This document shows, piece after piece, positions 9,003-16,763 of a stretch of 64,000 nt of DNA. Position numbers and translations under genes: made by a program. The first letter of the stretch is position 1. Each line of letters opens with the position of its first letter. Location of the stretch: assembly GCA_029883975.1 (NCBI GenBank), contig JAOUIL010000007.1, forward strand, positions 1,627-65,626. The letters run 5' to 3'. The notes under the pieces were generated by a model. That model made no database searches. It was not told where the DNA came from and saw nothing but the letters and a program-made list of their open reading frames with translations. The stretch comes from Betaproteobacteria bacterium. GTDB taxonomy: Bacteria; Pseudomonadota; Gammaproteobacteria; Burkholderiales; SG8-39.

Positions 9003-9356
9003 ATGAGAACGACGTGCGGACCCTTGCGCATCGCCTGCGCGGCCGCGGTGTTGCTGGCCGCGACGACGCTGCAGGCGCAGGAGAAGGCCCCGGTGTTCGA
9101 CAAGGCCTACCTGAGCAGCAAGAAGAACATCGAGCTCGGCAGGAGCGTCTGGGAAGGGCAGTGCCGCCATTGCCACGGCGCGGCGGCCTACCCGGGCAAG
9201 GCGCCCAAGCTCAATCCGGGGCAGCTGGAGCCGGGCTTCATCTACGACCGCGTGACCTACGGCTTCGGCAAGATGCCGGCCTGGAAGGACGTGTTCTCGG
9301 TCGAGCAGCGCAAGGGCGTCGTCGCCTTCATCAAGAGCGACGACTTCTCGCCCTAG
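9003..9356 (+). CDS. class I c-type cytochrome (periplasmic)
   Basis: 117 aa from ATG 9003. It has a signal peptide ...AAAVLLAATTLQAQE, the heme-binding CRHCH (CxxCH) motif, and a distal Met region GFGKMPAW. Confidence 0.75.
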   Translation: MRTTCGPLRIACAAAVLLAATTLQAQEKAPVFDKAYLSSKKNIELGRSVWEGQCRHCHGAAAYPGKAPKLNPGQLEPGFIYDRVTYGFGKMPAWKDVFSVEQRKGVVAFIKSDDFSP

Positions 9357-9709
9357 GCGGCGGGCTTGCGCAGCAACGCGCCGGCGAGGACCACGAGCAG
9401 CACGGCGAGGCCGATCATCACGCCCATGCCCTCGCGCGCGGTTTCCTCCACCCACCACACTTCTTTCAGCCAGAAGCCGGGCACGGTGGGCCAGTAGAAC
9501 ACCATGGCGCCGACGCCCGCAGCGACCGTGGCCCAAAGCAGCCGCTCCCCGGCGACCGACGCGACGCGCGCCGGACGGAAGGCCGCGGCGAACGCCCAGG
9601 CGGCGGGGATCAGGTAGATGACGATCCACAGCAGCGCGTCCGGGTCGTTGTATTGCACGACTGCGAAGGCCGCCATCAGCAACCCGAGTAGGATCAGGAC
9701 GTAACGCAT
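9353..9709 (-). CDS. small four-helix integral membrane protein (resembles TMEM220-type proteins)
   Basis: 118 aa, MRYVLILLGLLMAAFAVVQYNDPD...; four hydrophobic segments and G/C-dominated third codon positions. Only the last 118 codons of track ORF 9353..10915 look real. The family assignment is from memory of the VQYNDPD N-terminus. Confidence 0.6.
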   Translation of the reverse strand: MRYVLILLGLLMAAFAVVQYNDPDALLWIVIYLIPAAWAFAAAFRPARVASVAGERLLWATVAAGVGAMVFYWPTVPGFWLKEVWWVEETAREGMGVMIGLAVLLVVLAGALLRKPAA

Positions 9710-10897
9710 ATGAAGCATTCTACTCAGACGCGCACGGCCACGCACTGGCAGCGCTTCTCGGTGCCCTACGAGTTCCCGGTCGTGTTCACCGAGGGCGTGT
9801 TCGATCCGGACAATCCGGCGCTGCGCGAGGCGTTCAGCCGCCTGGAGCCGGCAAAGCGCCATCGCGCCGTGTTCTTCGTCGATGACGGCCTGCAGGCGGG
9901 CGGCGCGCCGCTGATCGAGGCGATCCAGGCGTACGCGGCGCGCCACGCCGACGCGCTCGAGCTCGCCTGCCCGCCGGTCGCGCTGCCCGGCGGCGAAAAG
10001 ATCAAGACCGACCTGCACTTCGTCGAGAGCATCCAGCAGAAGCTGTTCGACCTGCACCTCGACCGTCACTCGTACGTGGTCGCGGTGGGCGGCGGCGCGG
10101 TGCTGGACGCGGTGGGCCTCGTGGCGGCGACCACCCACCGCGGCGTGCGCCACATCCGCGTGCCCACCACGGTGCTGGCGCAGAACGATTCGGGTGTGGG
10201 CGTGAAGAACGGCGTCAACCTGCTTGGCGTGAAGAATTTCGTCGGCACGTTCGCGCCGCCGTTCGCGGTGCTGAACGACCACGACTTCATCGACTCGCTG
10301 CCGGACCGCGACAAGGTCGCCGGCATGGCCGAGGCGGTCAAGGTGGCGCTGATCCGCGACGCGGAGTTCTTCGGCTGGCTCGAGCGCCACATGGACGACC
10401 TCGCCACCTTCGGGCGCGCGGCGATGCAGCACATGATTCGCCGCTGCGCCGAGCTGCACATGCGCCAGATCGGCCAGGGCGGCGACCCGTTCGAGACCGG
10501 CAGCGCCCGGCCCCTGGACTACGGGCACTGGTCGGCGCACAAGCTCGAGAGCCTGACGCGCCACCACGTGCGCCACGGCGAGGCGGTGGCCATCGGCATG
10601 GCGCTCGATGCGCGCTACTCGGTGCTCGCCGGCCTGCTGCCGGCGGGCGAGGAGCTGCGCATCTGCGCGCTGCTCGAGTACCTCGGCTTCGACCTCTGGC
10701 ACCCGGCGCTCGAGCGCACCGGTACGAGCGGCGAGTGGAGCATCCTCGAGGGCCTGCGTGACTTCCAGGAGCATCTCGGCGGCGAGCTGACCATCACTTT
10801 GCTGGGCGGCATCGGCGTCGGCGTCGAGGTGCACGAGATCGACCACGCGCGCATGCGCCAGGCGATGGCGTGGCTGAAAGCGCGCGCGGGCGGCTGA
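9710..10897 (+). CDS. eboD: EboD: 3-dehydroquinate synthase-like sugar phosphate cyclase
   Basis: 395 aa with DHQS-fold motifs VVAVGGGAVLDAVG, RVPTTVLAQNDSGVGVKNGVN and HGEAVAIGM. It is translationally coupled to eboE. Confidence 0.85.
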   Translation: MKHSTQTRTATHWQRFSVPYEFPVVFTEGVFDPDNPALREAFSRLEPAKRHRAVFFVDDGLQAGGAPLIEAIQAYAARHADALELACPPVALPGGEKIKTDLHFVESIQQKLFDLHLDRHSYVVAVGGGAVLDAVGLVAATTHRGVRHIRVPTTVLAQNDSGVGVKNGVNLLGVKNFVGTFAPPFAVLNDHDFIDSLPDRDKVAGMAEAVKVALIRDAEFFGWLERHMDDLATFGRAAMQHMIRRCAELHMRQIGQGGDPFETGSARPLDYGHWSAHKLESLTRHHVRHGEAVAIGMALDARYSVLAGLLPAGEELRICALLEYLGFDLWHPALERTGTSGEWSILEGLRDFQEHLGGELTITLLGGIGVGVEVHEIDHARMRQAMAWLKARAGG

Positions 10898-12090
10898 TGC
10901 ATCTCCGGTCCGCACGCGACCTCGGACACCTCACCTACTGCACGAACATCCACGCCGGCGAGCCGCTGGATGACGTGATGGCGAGCCTGGCGCGCCACCT
11001 GCCGGCGATCAAGGCGCAGGTGGCGCCCGCGCAGCCCCTCGGCGTCGGGCTGCGCCTGGGCCACGCGGCGGCCGAAGGCCTGCGCGACGCGGACGCGCTG
11101 GCGCGGCTCAAGCGCTTTCTCGCCGAAGGCGGCTACTACGTGTTCACGATCAACGGCTTTCCTTACGGTGCGTTCCATGGGCGCGCCGTGAAGGAGGACG
11201 CGTACAAGCCCGACTGGAGCGATCCGGCGCGGCTCACTTACACCGACCTGCTGGCCGACATCCTGAGCGAGCTGCTGCCTGCGGGGCAGGAGGGCAGCGT
11301 CAGCACGGTGCCGTGCACCTTCAAGCCCTGGGCCGAGGGACGGCTGGCGGCAATCACCGAGAACCTCATCCGCCACGTGGCGCATCTGGTCGGCAACGCC
11401 GCGCGCACGGGCCAGACGATCTCGCTCGCGCTCGAGCCGGAGCCGTATTGCCAGCTCGAGACCATCGAGGAGACCACCCGCTTTTTCAAGGAGCGGCTAT
11501 TCGCGCGCGCGGGCGTTGCGCGGCTCGCGGCGCTCACCGGGCTCCCGGCCGCAGCCGCCGAAGCAGCCATGCGCCGGCACATCGGCGTGTGCTACGACGT
11601 CTGCCACGCCGCAGTGGAATTCGAGGACCCGAAGGAAAGCATCGCGCGGCTGCGCACCGAGGGCATCCTGATCGGCAAGCTGCAGCTGAGCTCGGCGCTC
11701 AGGATCGCGGCGTTCGATGCGGCGAGCGCGCGCCAGCTCGCCGCCTTCGCTGAGCCGGTCTACCTGCACCAGGCGGTGCAGAAGGCCAACGGGTCCCTGA
11801 CGCGCTTCGTGGACCTGCCGCAGGCGCTCGCCGCCGGCGGCGCCGCGGCGGGCGCGGAGCTGCGCGTGCACTTCCACGTGCCGGTGTTCCTCGAGCAGAT
11901 GGAGCATTTCGGCACCACGCAGGCGTTTCTTGCGCAGATCCTCGCGCAGCACCGCGCCGAGCCGATCAGCCGCCACCTCGAGGTCGAGACCTACACCTGG
12001 GACGTCCTGCCCAAGGCCTACCGGACGGCCGAGCTCAGCACGGCGATCGCGCGCGAGCTCGACTGGGTCAAGGCGCGGCTGCTGCAGTGA
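10897..12090 (+). CDS. eboE: EboE: xylose isomerase-like TIM-barrel protein
   Basis: ATG 10897 overlaps the eboD stop (TGATG). The N-terminus HLTYCTNIHAGEPLDDV is as I recall for EboE. The track start at 10870 is probably too long. Confidence 0.75.
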   Translation: MHLRSARDLGHLTYCTNIHAGEPLDDVMASLARHLPAIKAQVAPAQPLGVGLRLGHAAAEGLRDADALARLKRFLAEGGYYVFTINGFPYGAFHGRAVKEDAYKPDWSDPARLTYTDLLADILSELLPAGQEGSVSTVPCTFKPWAEGRLAAITENLIRHVAHLVGNAARTGQTISLALEPEPYCQLETIEETTRFFKERLFARAGVARLAALTGLPAAAAEAAMRRHIGVCYDVCHAAVEFEDPKESIARLRTEGILIGKLQLSSALRIAAFDAASARQLAAFAEPVYLHQAVQKANGSLTRFVDLPQALAAGGAAAGAELRVHFHVPVFLEQMEHFGTTQAFLAQILAQHRAEPISRHLEVETYTWDVLPKAYRTAELSTAIARELDWVKARLLQ

Positions 12091-12935
12091 AGCTGCGCAG
12101 CGCGCTCGCGCTCGGCCGCGTTTCCAACCTGCCGACGGTGTGGAGCAACGCGCTCGCCGGCGCGGTGCTGGCGGGCGCCGCTGCGTTCGGCGCGCAATTC
12201 GCGGTGATGCTCGTCGCGTTCTCGCTGTTCTACACCGGCGGCATGTTCCTCAACGACGCCTTCGACGCGCCGTGGGACGCGAAGCAGCGCCCGGAGCGGC
12301 CGATTCCCGCGGGCGAGGCGAGCCGGCGCGCGGTGTTCGGCTGGGGCTTCGGCATGATGGCGCTCGGCGTCGCGCTGCTCGCGTGGATCGGCGTGGCGCC
12401 CGCGCTCGCCGGCGCCGCGCTGGCGGCGACGATCACGTACTACGACTGGCATCACAAGGGCAACGTCTTCAGCCCGGTGGTCATGGGCCTGTGCCGCGTG
12501 CTGGTGTACGTGTCGGCGGGCCTGTGCATCACGCGCGCGCTGCCCGAAGCGCTGTGGATCGGCGCCGCGCTGATGCTCTGCTACCTCATCGGCCTCACCT
12601 ATATCGCGAAGCAGGAGAACCTCGGCAGGGTGGAGAATCTCTGGCCGCTCGCCTTTCTCGCGGCGCCCGTGGCCTACGGCGCCTGGCTGGCGCTTGCGCA
12701 GCCGGTCGTGGGGCTCTTCTGGCTCTTTTTTGCCGGCTGGATGCTGGTGGCGCTCTGGTACCTGCGGCGGCGCCGCAAGGGCGATATCCCGCGCGCGGTG
12801 GTGAGCCTGATCGCCGGCATCTCGCTGCTGGATGCGCTGCTGATCGCGGGAACCGGCGCGCTCGCGCTCGCCGTCGTTGCGCTCGCCGGCTTCGGCGTGA
12901 CGCTGTTCTTCCAGCGCTACGTCGCGGGGACGTAG
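12087..12935 (+). CDS. eboC: EboC: UbiA-family membrane prenyltransferase
   Basis: GTG 12087 overlaps the eboE stop (GTGA). It has the first Asp-rich motif LNDAFDAPWD (NDxxDxxxD) and is hydrophobic throughout with multiple TM helices. Confidence 0.85.
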   Translation: MKLRSALALGRVSNLPTVWSNALAGAVLAGAAAFGAQFAVMLVAFSLFYTGGMFLNDAFDAPWDAKQRPERPIPAGEASRRAVFGWGFGMMALGVALLAWIGVAPALAGAALAATITYYDWHHKGNVFSPVVMGLCRVLVYVSAGLCITRALPEALWIGAALMLCYLIGLTYIAKQENLGRVENLWPLAFLAAPVAYGAWLALAQPVVGLFWLFFAGWMLVALWYLRRRRKGDIPRAVVSLIAGISLLDALLIAGTGALALAVVALAGFGVTLFFQRYVAGT

Positions 12936-12943
12936 GAGCGGGT

Positions 12944-12969
12944 AACGGGGGAACCTGGGTTCCCCTGTT
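12944..12969. terminator. hairpin between convergent eboC and the outer-membrane protein gene (possible bidirectional terminator)
   Basis: AACGGGGGAAC-CTGG-GTTCCCCTGTT forms an 11-bp stem with one G-T pair. It sits in the 42-nt convergent gap. Confidence 0.45.
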
Positions 12970-12977
12970 CCGAGCGG

Positions 12978-13868
12978 TTACTGGAAGCGGTAGAAGTAGG
13001 TCGCCCGGACAATCGTGCCGCTGTACTTGTTCCCGCTCTGCGGGCCTTCCTCCGCCTTCGCGCTGTAGCCCGAGAGCAGGAAATCGAGCGCATGCCCGCC
13101 GGCGAACGGCAGGTTGACGCCGAGCTCGTAGATCAGGGTGCTGGCGTCCACGCGGTACGAGTCGGTGGGGCGGCCGAGCTCCTCGGCGAACGCCGGGTCG
13201 GTGGCCCACGCGCCGGACAGGCCGCCGACGGTGACGGAGTTGAAGACCTGGTCGCCGCTCACCTGCGTGAGGCGAGCGTAGGCGGTATTCCTCGTGCCGA
13301 AACGGTAATCGAGGCTCGCCCAGAAGCGCGTGTTGTCCATGTCGTAGATCGCGACTTCCCCGGGCCGGCCCGGGTCGCCGCCGTTGCGGGTGTCCCAGGC
13401 CACGCCCGCGCCGAGCCGGACGCGGTCCGTGACATGGCTGCCGACGCTGCCTTCGATCGTGGCGATCGTGCCGTCGCGCAGCTCGCTGTCCGAGTGCTGC
13501 AGCCAGACGAGGTTGCCCGCCACCTCGAAGATGGGGGAGCTGAAGTTCAGTCCCGGCTGGGTGCGCCAGGCCGCGCGGCCCGACAAGGCGAGGTTGCTCA
13601 GGTCGCTGAAGGTGACGAACTGGCTGTAGCGCGCTGCTCCGCGGAAGACGGCGCCGCTGCGCGGGCCGAGGAGTACGCTGCGCACCGCGGAGCCCTCGAC
13701 CGACAGGATGCTGTCGCTCTCGACGTCCGCGTCGTACAGCCCGCGCGTGACGTTGTCGTCGACCATCGCATCCGCGGATATCCCGTAGCGCCACCCTTCC
13801 GCGGCGTGCGCGGACGACAGGGCCGCGGCGACGAGCAGCGCGGCGGCGATCGACAGGTGGCGCGGCAT
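12978..13868 (-). CDS. outer-membrane beta-barrel protein (family not recognised)
   Basis: 296 aa from ATG 13868. Signal peptide MPRHLSIAAALLVAAALSSAHA-AEG, alternating-polarity strands, and a C-terminal aromatic signature ATYFYRFQ. Confidence 0.6.
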   Translation of the reverse strand: MPRHLSIAAALLVAAALSSAHAAEGWRYGISADAMVDDNVTRGLYDADVESDSILSVEGSAVRSVLLGPRSGAVFRGAARYSQFVTFSDLSNLALSGRAAWRTQPGLNFSSPIFEVAGNLVWLQHSDSELRDGTIATIEGSVGSHVTDRVRLGAGVAWDTRNGGDPGRPGEVAIYDMDNTRFWASLDYRFGTRNTAYARLTQVSGDQVFNSVTVGGLSGAWATDPAFAEELGRPTDSYRVDASTLIYELGVNLPFAGGHALDFLLSGYSAKAEEGPQSGNKYSGTIVRATYFYRFQ

Positions 13869-13938
13869 CAAGCTTCCCCGGCGGTGGGCTTGCGCGTGAT
13901 AATACGTCGCCCATCGGTCCGGCGAAAGAGCGATCTCC

Positions 13939-14649
13939 ATGGCCAAGCGTACTGCTGATGCGGAAGACCCGAGGCGCGCATTCCTGCTGCAGGCGCTCGC
14001 CGCCGGCCTGCTCGCGGCGGGCGGCGCCGGCGTGGCGCGCGCGCAGTTTTTCGGCCGCCGCCCGCAGCCGCTGCCGGCCGGGCGCTCGGTGTACGAGGCG
14101 AGCGGCGCGGTAACGGTGAACGGACAGCCCGTGTCGCCGCAGACGCGCATCGGCGCCGGCGCGAGCATCGAGACCGGCAAGGGGGCGCAGCTCATCTTCG
14201 TGGTGGGCAGCGACGCTTTCCTGCTGCGCGGCAACAGCCGCCTCGAGCTCGCCGGGCAGGGCTTCGCGCTCAGCGTGATGCGCCTCGCCACCGGCGCGCT
14301 GCTCTCGGTATTCGGCCGCGGCGACCGGCGCGTCGTCACGCCGACCTCGACGGTCGGCATCCGTGGCACGGGCCTGTACGTCGAGTCCGAGCCCGAGCGC
14401 AGCTACGTCTGCACCTGCTATGGCGAGGTGAACATCGCGGCGCCGGACGACCCGGCGGTGGCCGAGCGCATCGTCTCCAAGCACCACGACGCGCCGCGCT
14501 ACGTGCTGAAGAGCGGCGCGCGGCGCATCCAGCCCGCGCCGTTCATCAACCACACGGACGTCGAGCTGGCGCTGATCGAGGCGCTGGTCGGGCGCACGCC
14601 GCCCTTCTCGCTGTTCGACGAGGATTACGGCGGCGCGCGCCGCTACTAA
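13939..14649 (+). CDS. FecR-domain protein with a twin-arginine-like signal
   Basis: 236 aa with DPRRAFLLQALAAGLLAAGGAGVARA (Tat-like) and a FecR-type beta-sandwich segment TPTSTVGIRGTGLYVE. There is no anti-sigma N-domain. Confidence 0.55.
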   Translation: MAKRTADAEDPRRAFLLQALAAGLLAAGGAGVARAQFFGRRPQPLPAGRSVYEASGAVTVNGQPVSPQTRIGAGASIETGKGAQLIFVVGSDAFLLRGNSRLELAGQGFALSVMRLATGALLSVFGRGDRRVVTPTSTVGIRGTGLYVESEPERSYVCTCYGEVNIAAPDDPAVAERIVSKHHDAPRYVLKSGARRIQPAPFINHTDVELALIEALVGRTPPFSLFDEDYGGARRY

Positions 14650-14669
14650 CCGGAAAGAGGAGGGAGGAG

Positions 14670-15878
14670 ATGACCATGTCGGGATGGAGACTGCGGGTGC
14701 TCGCCGTCGCCGCCGCGCTCGCCGCGGGCGGCGCGCAGGCGCAGACGGTGAAGGTCGGGGTCGTGCTGCCCTTTACGGGCGTGGGCGCGGAATTCGGGCA
14801 GCAGGTCGATCGCGGCATGCAGATGTTCCTCAAGCTCAACCCCGGCGCCTTCGCGCCCTACAAGGTGGAGCTGGTGAAGCGCGACTCGAAGAACCCGAGC
14901 GGCGCGGAGGCCAAGACCGCGGTGCAGGAGCTGATCGCGCAGGAAAAAGTCGACATCCTCGCCGGGTTCATCTACTCGCCCGATGCGATCGCCTCGGCGC
15001 CGCTGGCGACCGCTGCGAAGAAGCCGATGATCGTCATGAACGCGGGCACCGCCTGGATCACGAACCTGTCGCCGATGATCTCGCGCGTCTCGTTCTCCAT
15101 GTGGCACTCGGGCTACGCGATGGGCGAGGCGGCGGCGAAGACGCTGCAGGCGAAGACGGCGGTGGTCGGCTACTCCGACTTCCCGCCGGGCAAGGACAGC
15201 CTGGACGCGTTCAGGCGCGGCTTCGAGTCGAGCGGCGGCAAGGTCGTGGATGCGATCCCGATGGGCGGCCCCGGGCAGGTGCCCGACTTCACGCCCTTCT
15301 TCCAGCGCGCCAAGGACAGGAAGCCCGACGTGTTCTACGTGTTCGTGCCTTCGGGCGACCACGCAGTGGCGGTCACCAAGGCCTACGCGGCGCTCGGGAT
15401 GCGGCAGGCGGGCATCAAGCTGATCGGTCCCGGCGACCTGACGCCGGACCACAAGCTGCAGGCGATGGGCGACGACGCCGTGGGCCTGATCACCGCGCAC
15501 CACTACAACGCCGATCTCGACAATCCGGCCAACAAGCGCTTCGTCGCCGCGTGGAAGCAGGAGTACGGCGCCGGCGCCACGCCCGACTTCATGGGCGCGC
15601 AGGGCTACGACGGCATGGCCGCGATCGTGCATGTCGTGCGCACCCTGCAGGGCAGGATCGACCCGGACAAGGCGCAGGCGGCCCTGAAGGGCTGGAAGTA
15701 CGCCGATAGCCCGCGCGGCCCGATCATGATCGATGCGGCTACGCGCGACATCGTCATGAATGAGTACCTGAGCGAGCTGGTGAAGGTCGGCGGGCGCCTG
15801 GTGCAGAAGAACATCGGCGTCATCCCGGCCGTGAAGGACATGTGCAAGGAGCTCAAGGAAGGCAAGTGCGCGCAGTAG
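14670..15878 (+). CDS. ABC transporter substrate-binding protein (LivK / branched-chain amino acid-binding family)
   Basis: The RBS GAGGAGGGAGGAG precedes the start. It has a signal peptide and VKVGVVLPFTGVGAEFGQQ typical of type I periplasmic binding proteins. Confidence 0.85.
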   Translation: MTMSGWRLRVLAVAAALAAGGAQAQTVKVGVVLPFTGVGAEFGQQVDRGMQMFLKLNPGAFAPYKVELVKRDSKNPSGAEAKTAVQELIAQEKVDILAGFIYSPDAIASAPLATAAKKPMIVMNAGTAWITNLSPMISRVSFSMWHSGYAMGEAAAKTLQAKTAVVGYSDFPPGKDSLDAFRRGFESSGGKVVDAIPMGGPGQVPDFTPFFQRAKDRKPDVFYVFVPSGDHAVAVTKAYAALGMRQAGIKLIGPGDLTPDHKLQAMGDDAVGLITAHHYNADLDNPANKRFVAAWKQEYGAGATPDFMGAQGYDGMAAIVHVVRTLQGRIDPDKAQAALKGWKYADSPRGPIMIDAATRDIVMNEYLSELVKVGGRLVQKNIGVIPAVKDMCKELKEGKCAQ

Positions 15879-15899
15879 CGCGCTAGCCGCTCCCTGCAG

Positions 15900-16763
15900 A
15901 TGGACCTGGCCAGCATCCTGCTCGGCGGGCTCGCCGCCGGCATGGTGCTGTTCATCTGCTCGGTGGGCCTGTCGGTCACCATGGGGCTGATGGGCTTCGT
16001 CAACCTCGCGCACGGCGGCTTCGCCATGCTCGGCGGCTACGTCGTGGTCTACGCCATGCGCCACTGGGGGCTGCCGTTCGGCGCGGCGCTGGCGCTCGGC
16101 TTCGGCGCAGTCGCGCTGCTGGCAGTGGCGCTCGAGCGCGCACTCTACGCGCGCCTGTACGGCGCGGGGGAGCTCGACCAGGTGCTGTTCACGATCGGCC
16201 TGGTGTTCGTCATGATCGCGCTGGTGACGCTCGGCGTGGGGCCGGAGTCGCAGCGCGTGGAGCTGCCCCCCTGGCTCGACGGCCAGAGCGACCTCGGTTT
16301 CCTCACTTACCGCACCTACAGCCTGGCGCTGATCGCGGCCGGCACGCTGCTGATGGTCGCGCTGTGGCTCGGCTTCGAGCGCACGCGCATCGGCGCGAAG
16401 ATCCGCGCCGCGGTCGACAACCGGCGCATGGCGGAATCCGTCGGCGTGGACGTGGGGCGCCTGTTCACGCTCACCTTCGCGCTCGGCAGCGGGCTGGCCG
16501 CGGTGGGCGGCGCGCTGGGCGCGGAGATCCTCGGCCTCGACCCGCAGTACCCGCTGCGCTACCTGGCCTACTTCCTCATCGTGGTGGCGGTCGGGGGCCT
16601 GGGCAAGGTGACCGGCGTGTTCTTCGCGGCGCTGCTGATCGGCGTGCTCGACTTCGTGCTGAAAATCCACTTTCCCAAGGGGGGCACGATGTTCATCTAC
16701 GCGCTCACCCTCGTGTTCCTGCTGGCGCGCCCGCAGGGCATCTTCGGCAAGCGGGGCGCATGA
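15900..16763 (+). CDS. branched-chain amino acid-type ABC permease (LivH-like)
   Basis: 287 aa with GFVNLAHGGFAMLGGY and a polytopic hydrophobic profile. Confidence 0.9.
   Translation: MDLASILLGGLAAGMVLFICSVGLSVTMGLMGFVNLAHGGFAMLGGYVVVYAMRHWGLPFGAALALGFGAVALLAVALERALYARLYGAGELDQVLFTIGLVFVMIALVTLGVGPESQRVELPPWLDGQSDLGFLTYRTYSLALIAAGTLLMVALWLGFERTRIGAKIRAAVDNRRMAESVGVDVGRLFTLTFALGSGLAAVGGALGAEILGLDPQYPLRYLAYFLIVVAVGGLGKVTGVFFAALLIGVLDFVLKIHFPKGGTMFIYALTLVFLLARPQGIFGKRGA

Noticed and set aside
7523-9103. 526-aa ORF antisense to the PQQ dehydrogenase gene.
   Set aside because: It has no recognisable motifs and a biased R/A/G/D composition. The opposite strand encodes a protein with a signal peptide and several family motifs.
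9710-10915. The upstream 400 codons of track ORF 9353..10915 (-).
   Set aside because: This stretch is antisense to eboD and has a shadow-ORF composition. Only the last 118 codons (from ATG 9709) have membrane-protein character.
12595-14553. 652-aa ORF (-) and the 5' extension of ORF 12978..14369 (-).
   Set aside because: The 652-aa ORF overlaps three better-supported genes in other frames or on the other strand. The extension upstream of ATG 13868 precedes an obvious signal peptide.
14646-16670. 674-aa ORF antisense to the first Liv-type binding protein and permease.
   Set aside because: It is a shadow ORF with an H/R/D/A-rich translation, while the opposite strand carries canonical ABC components.
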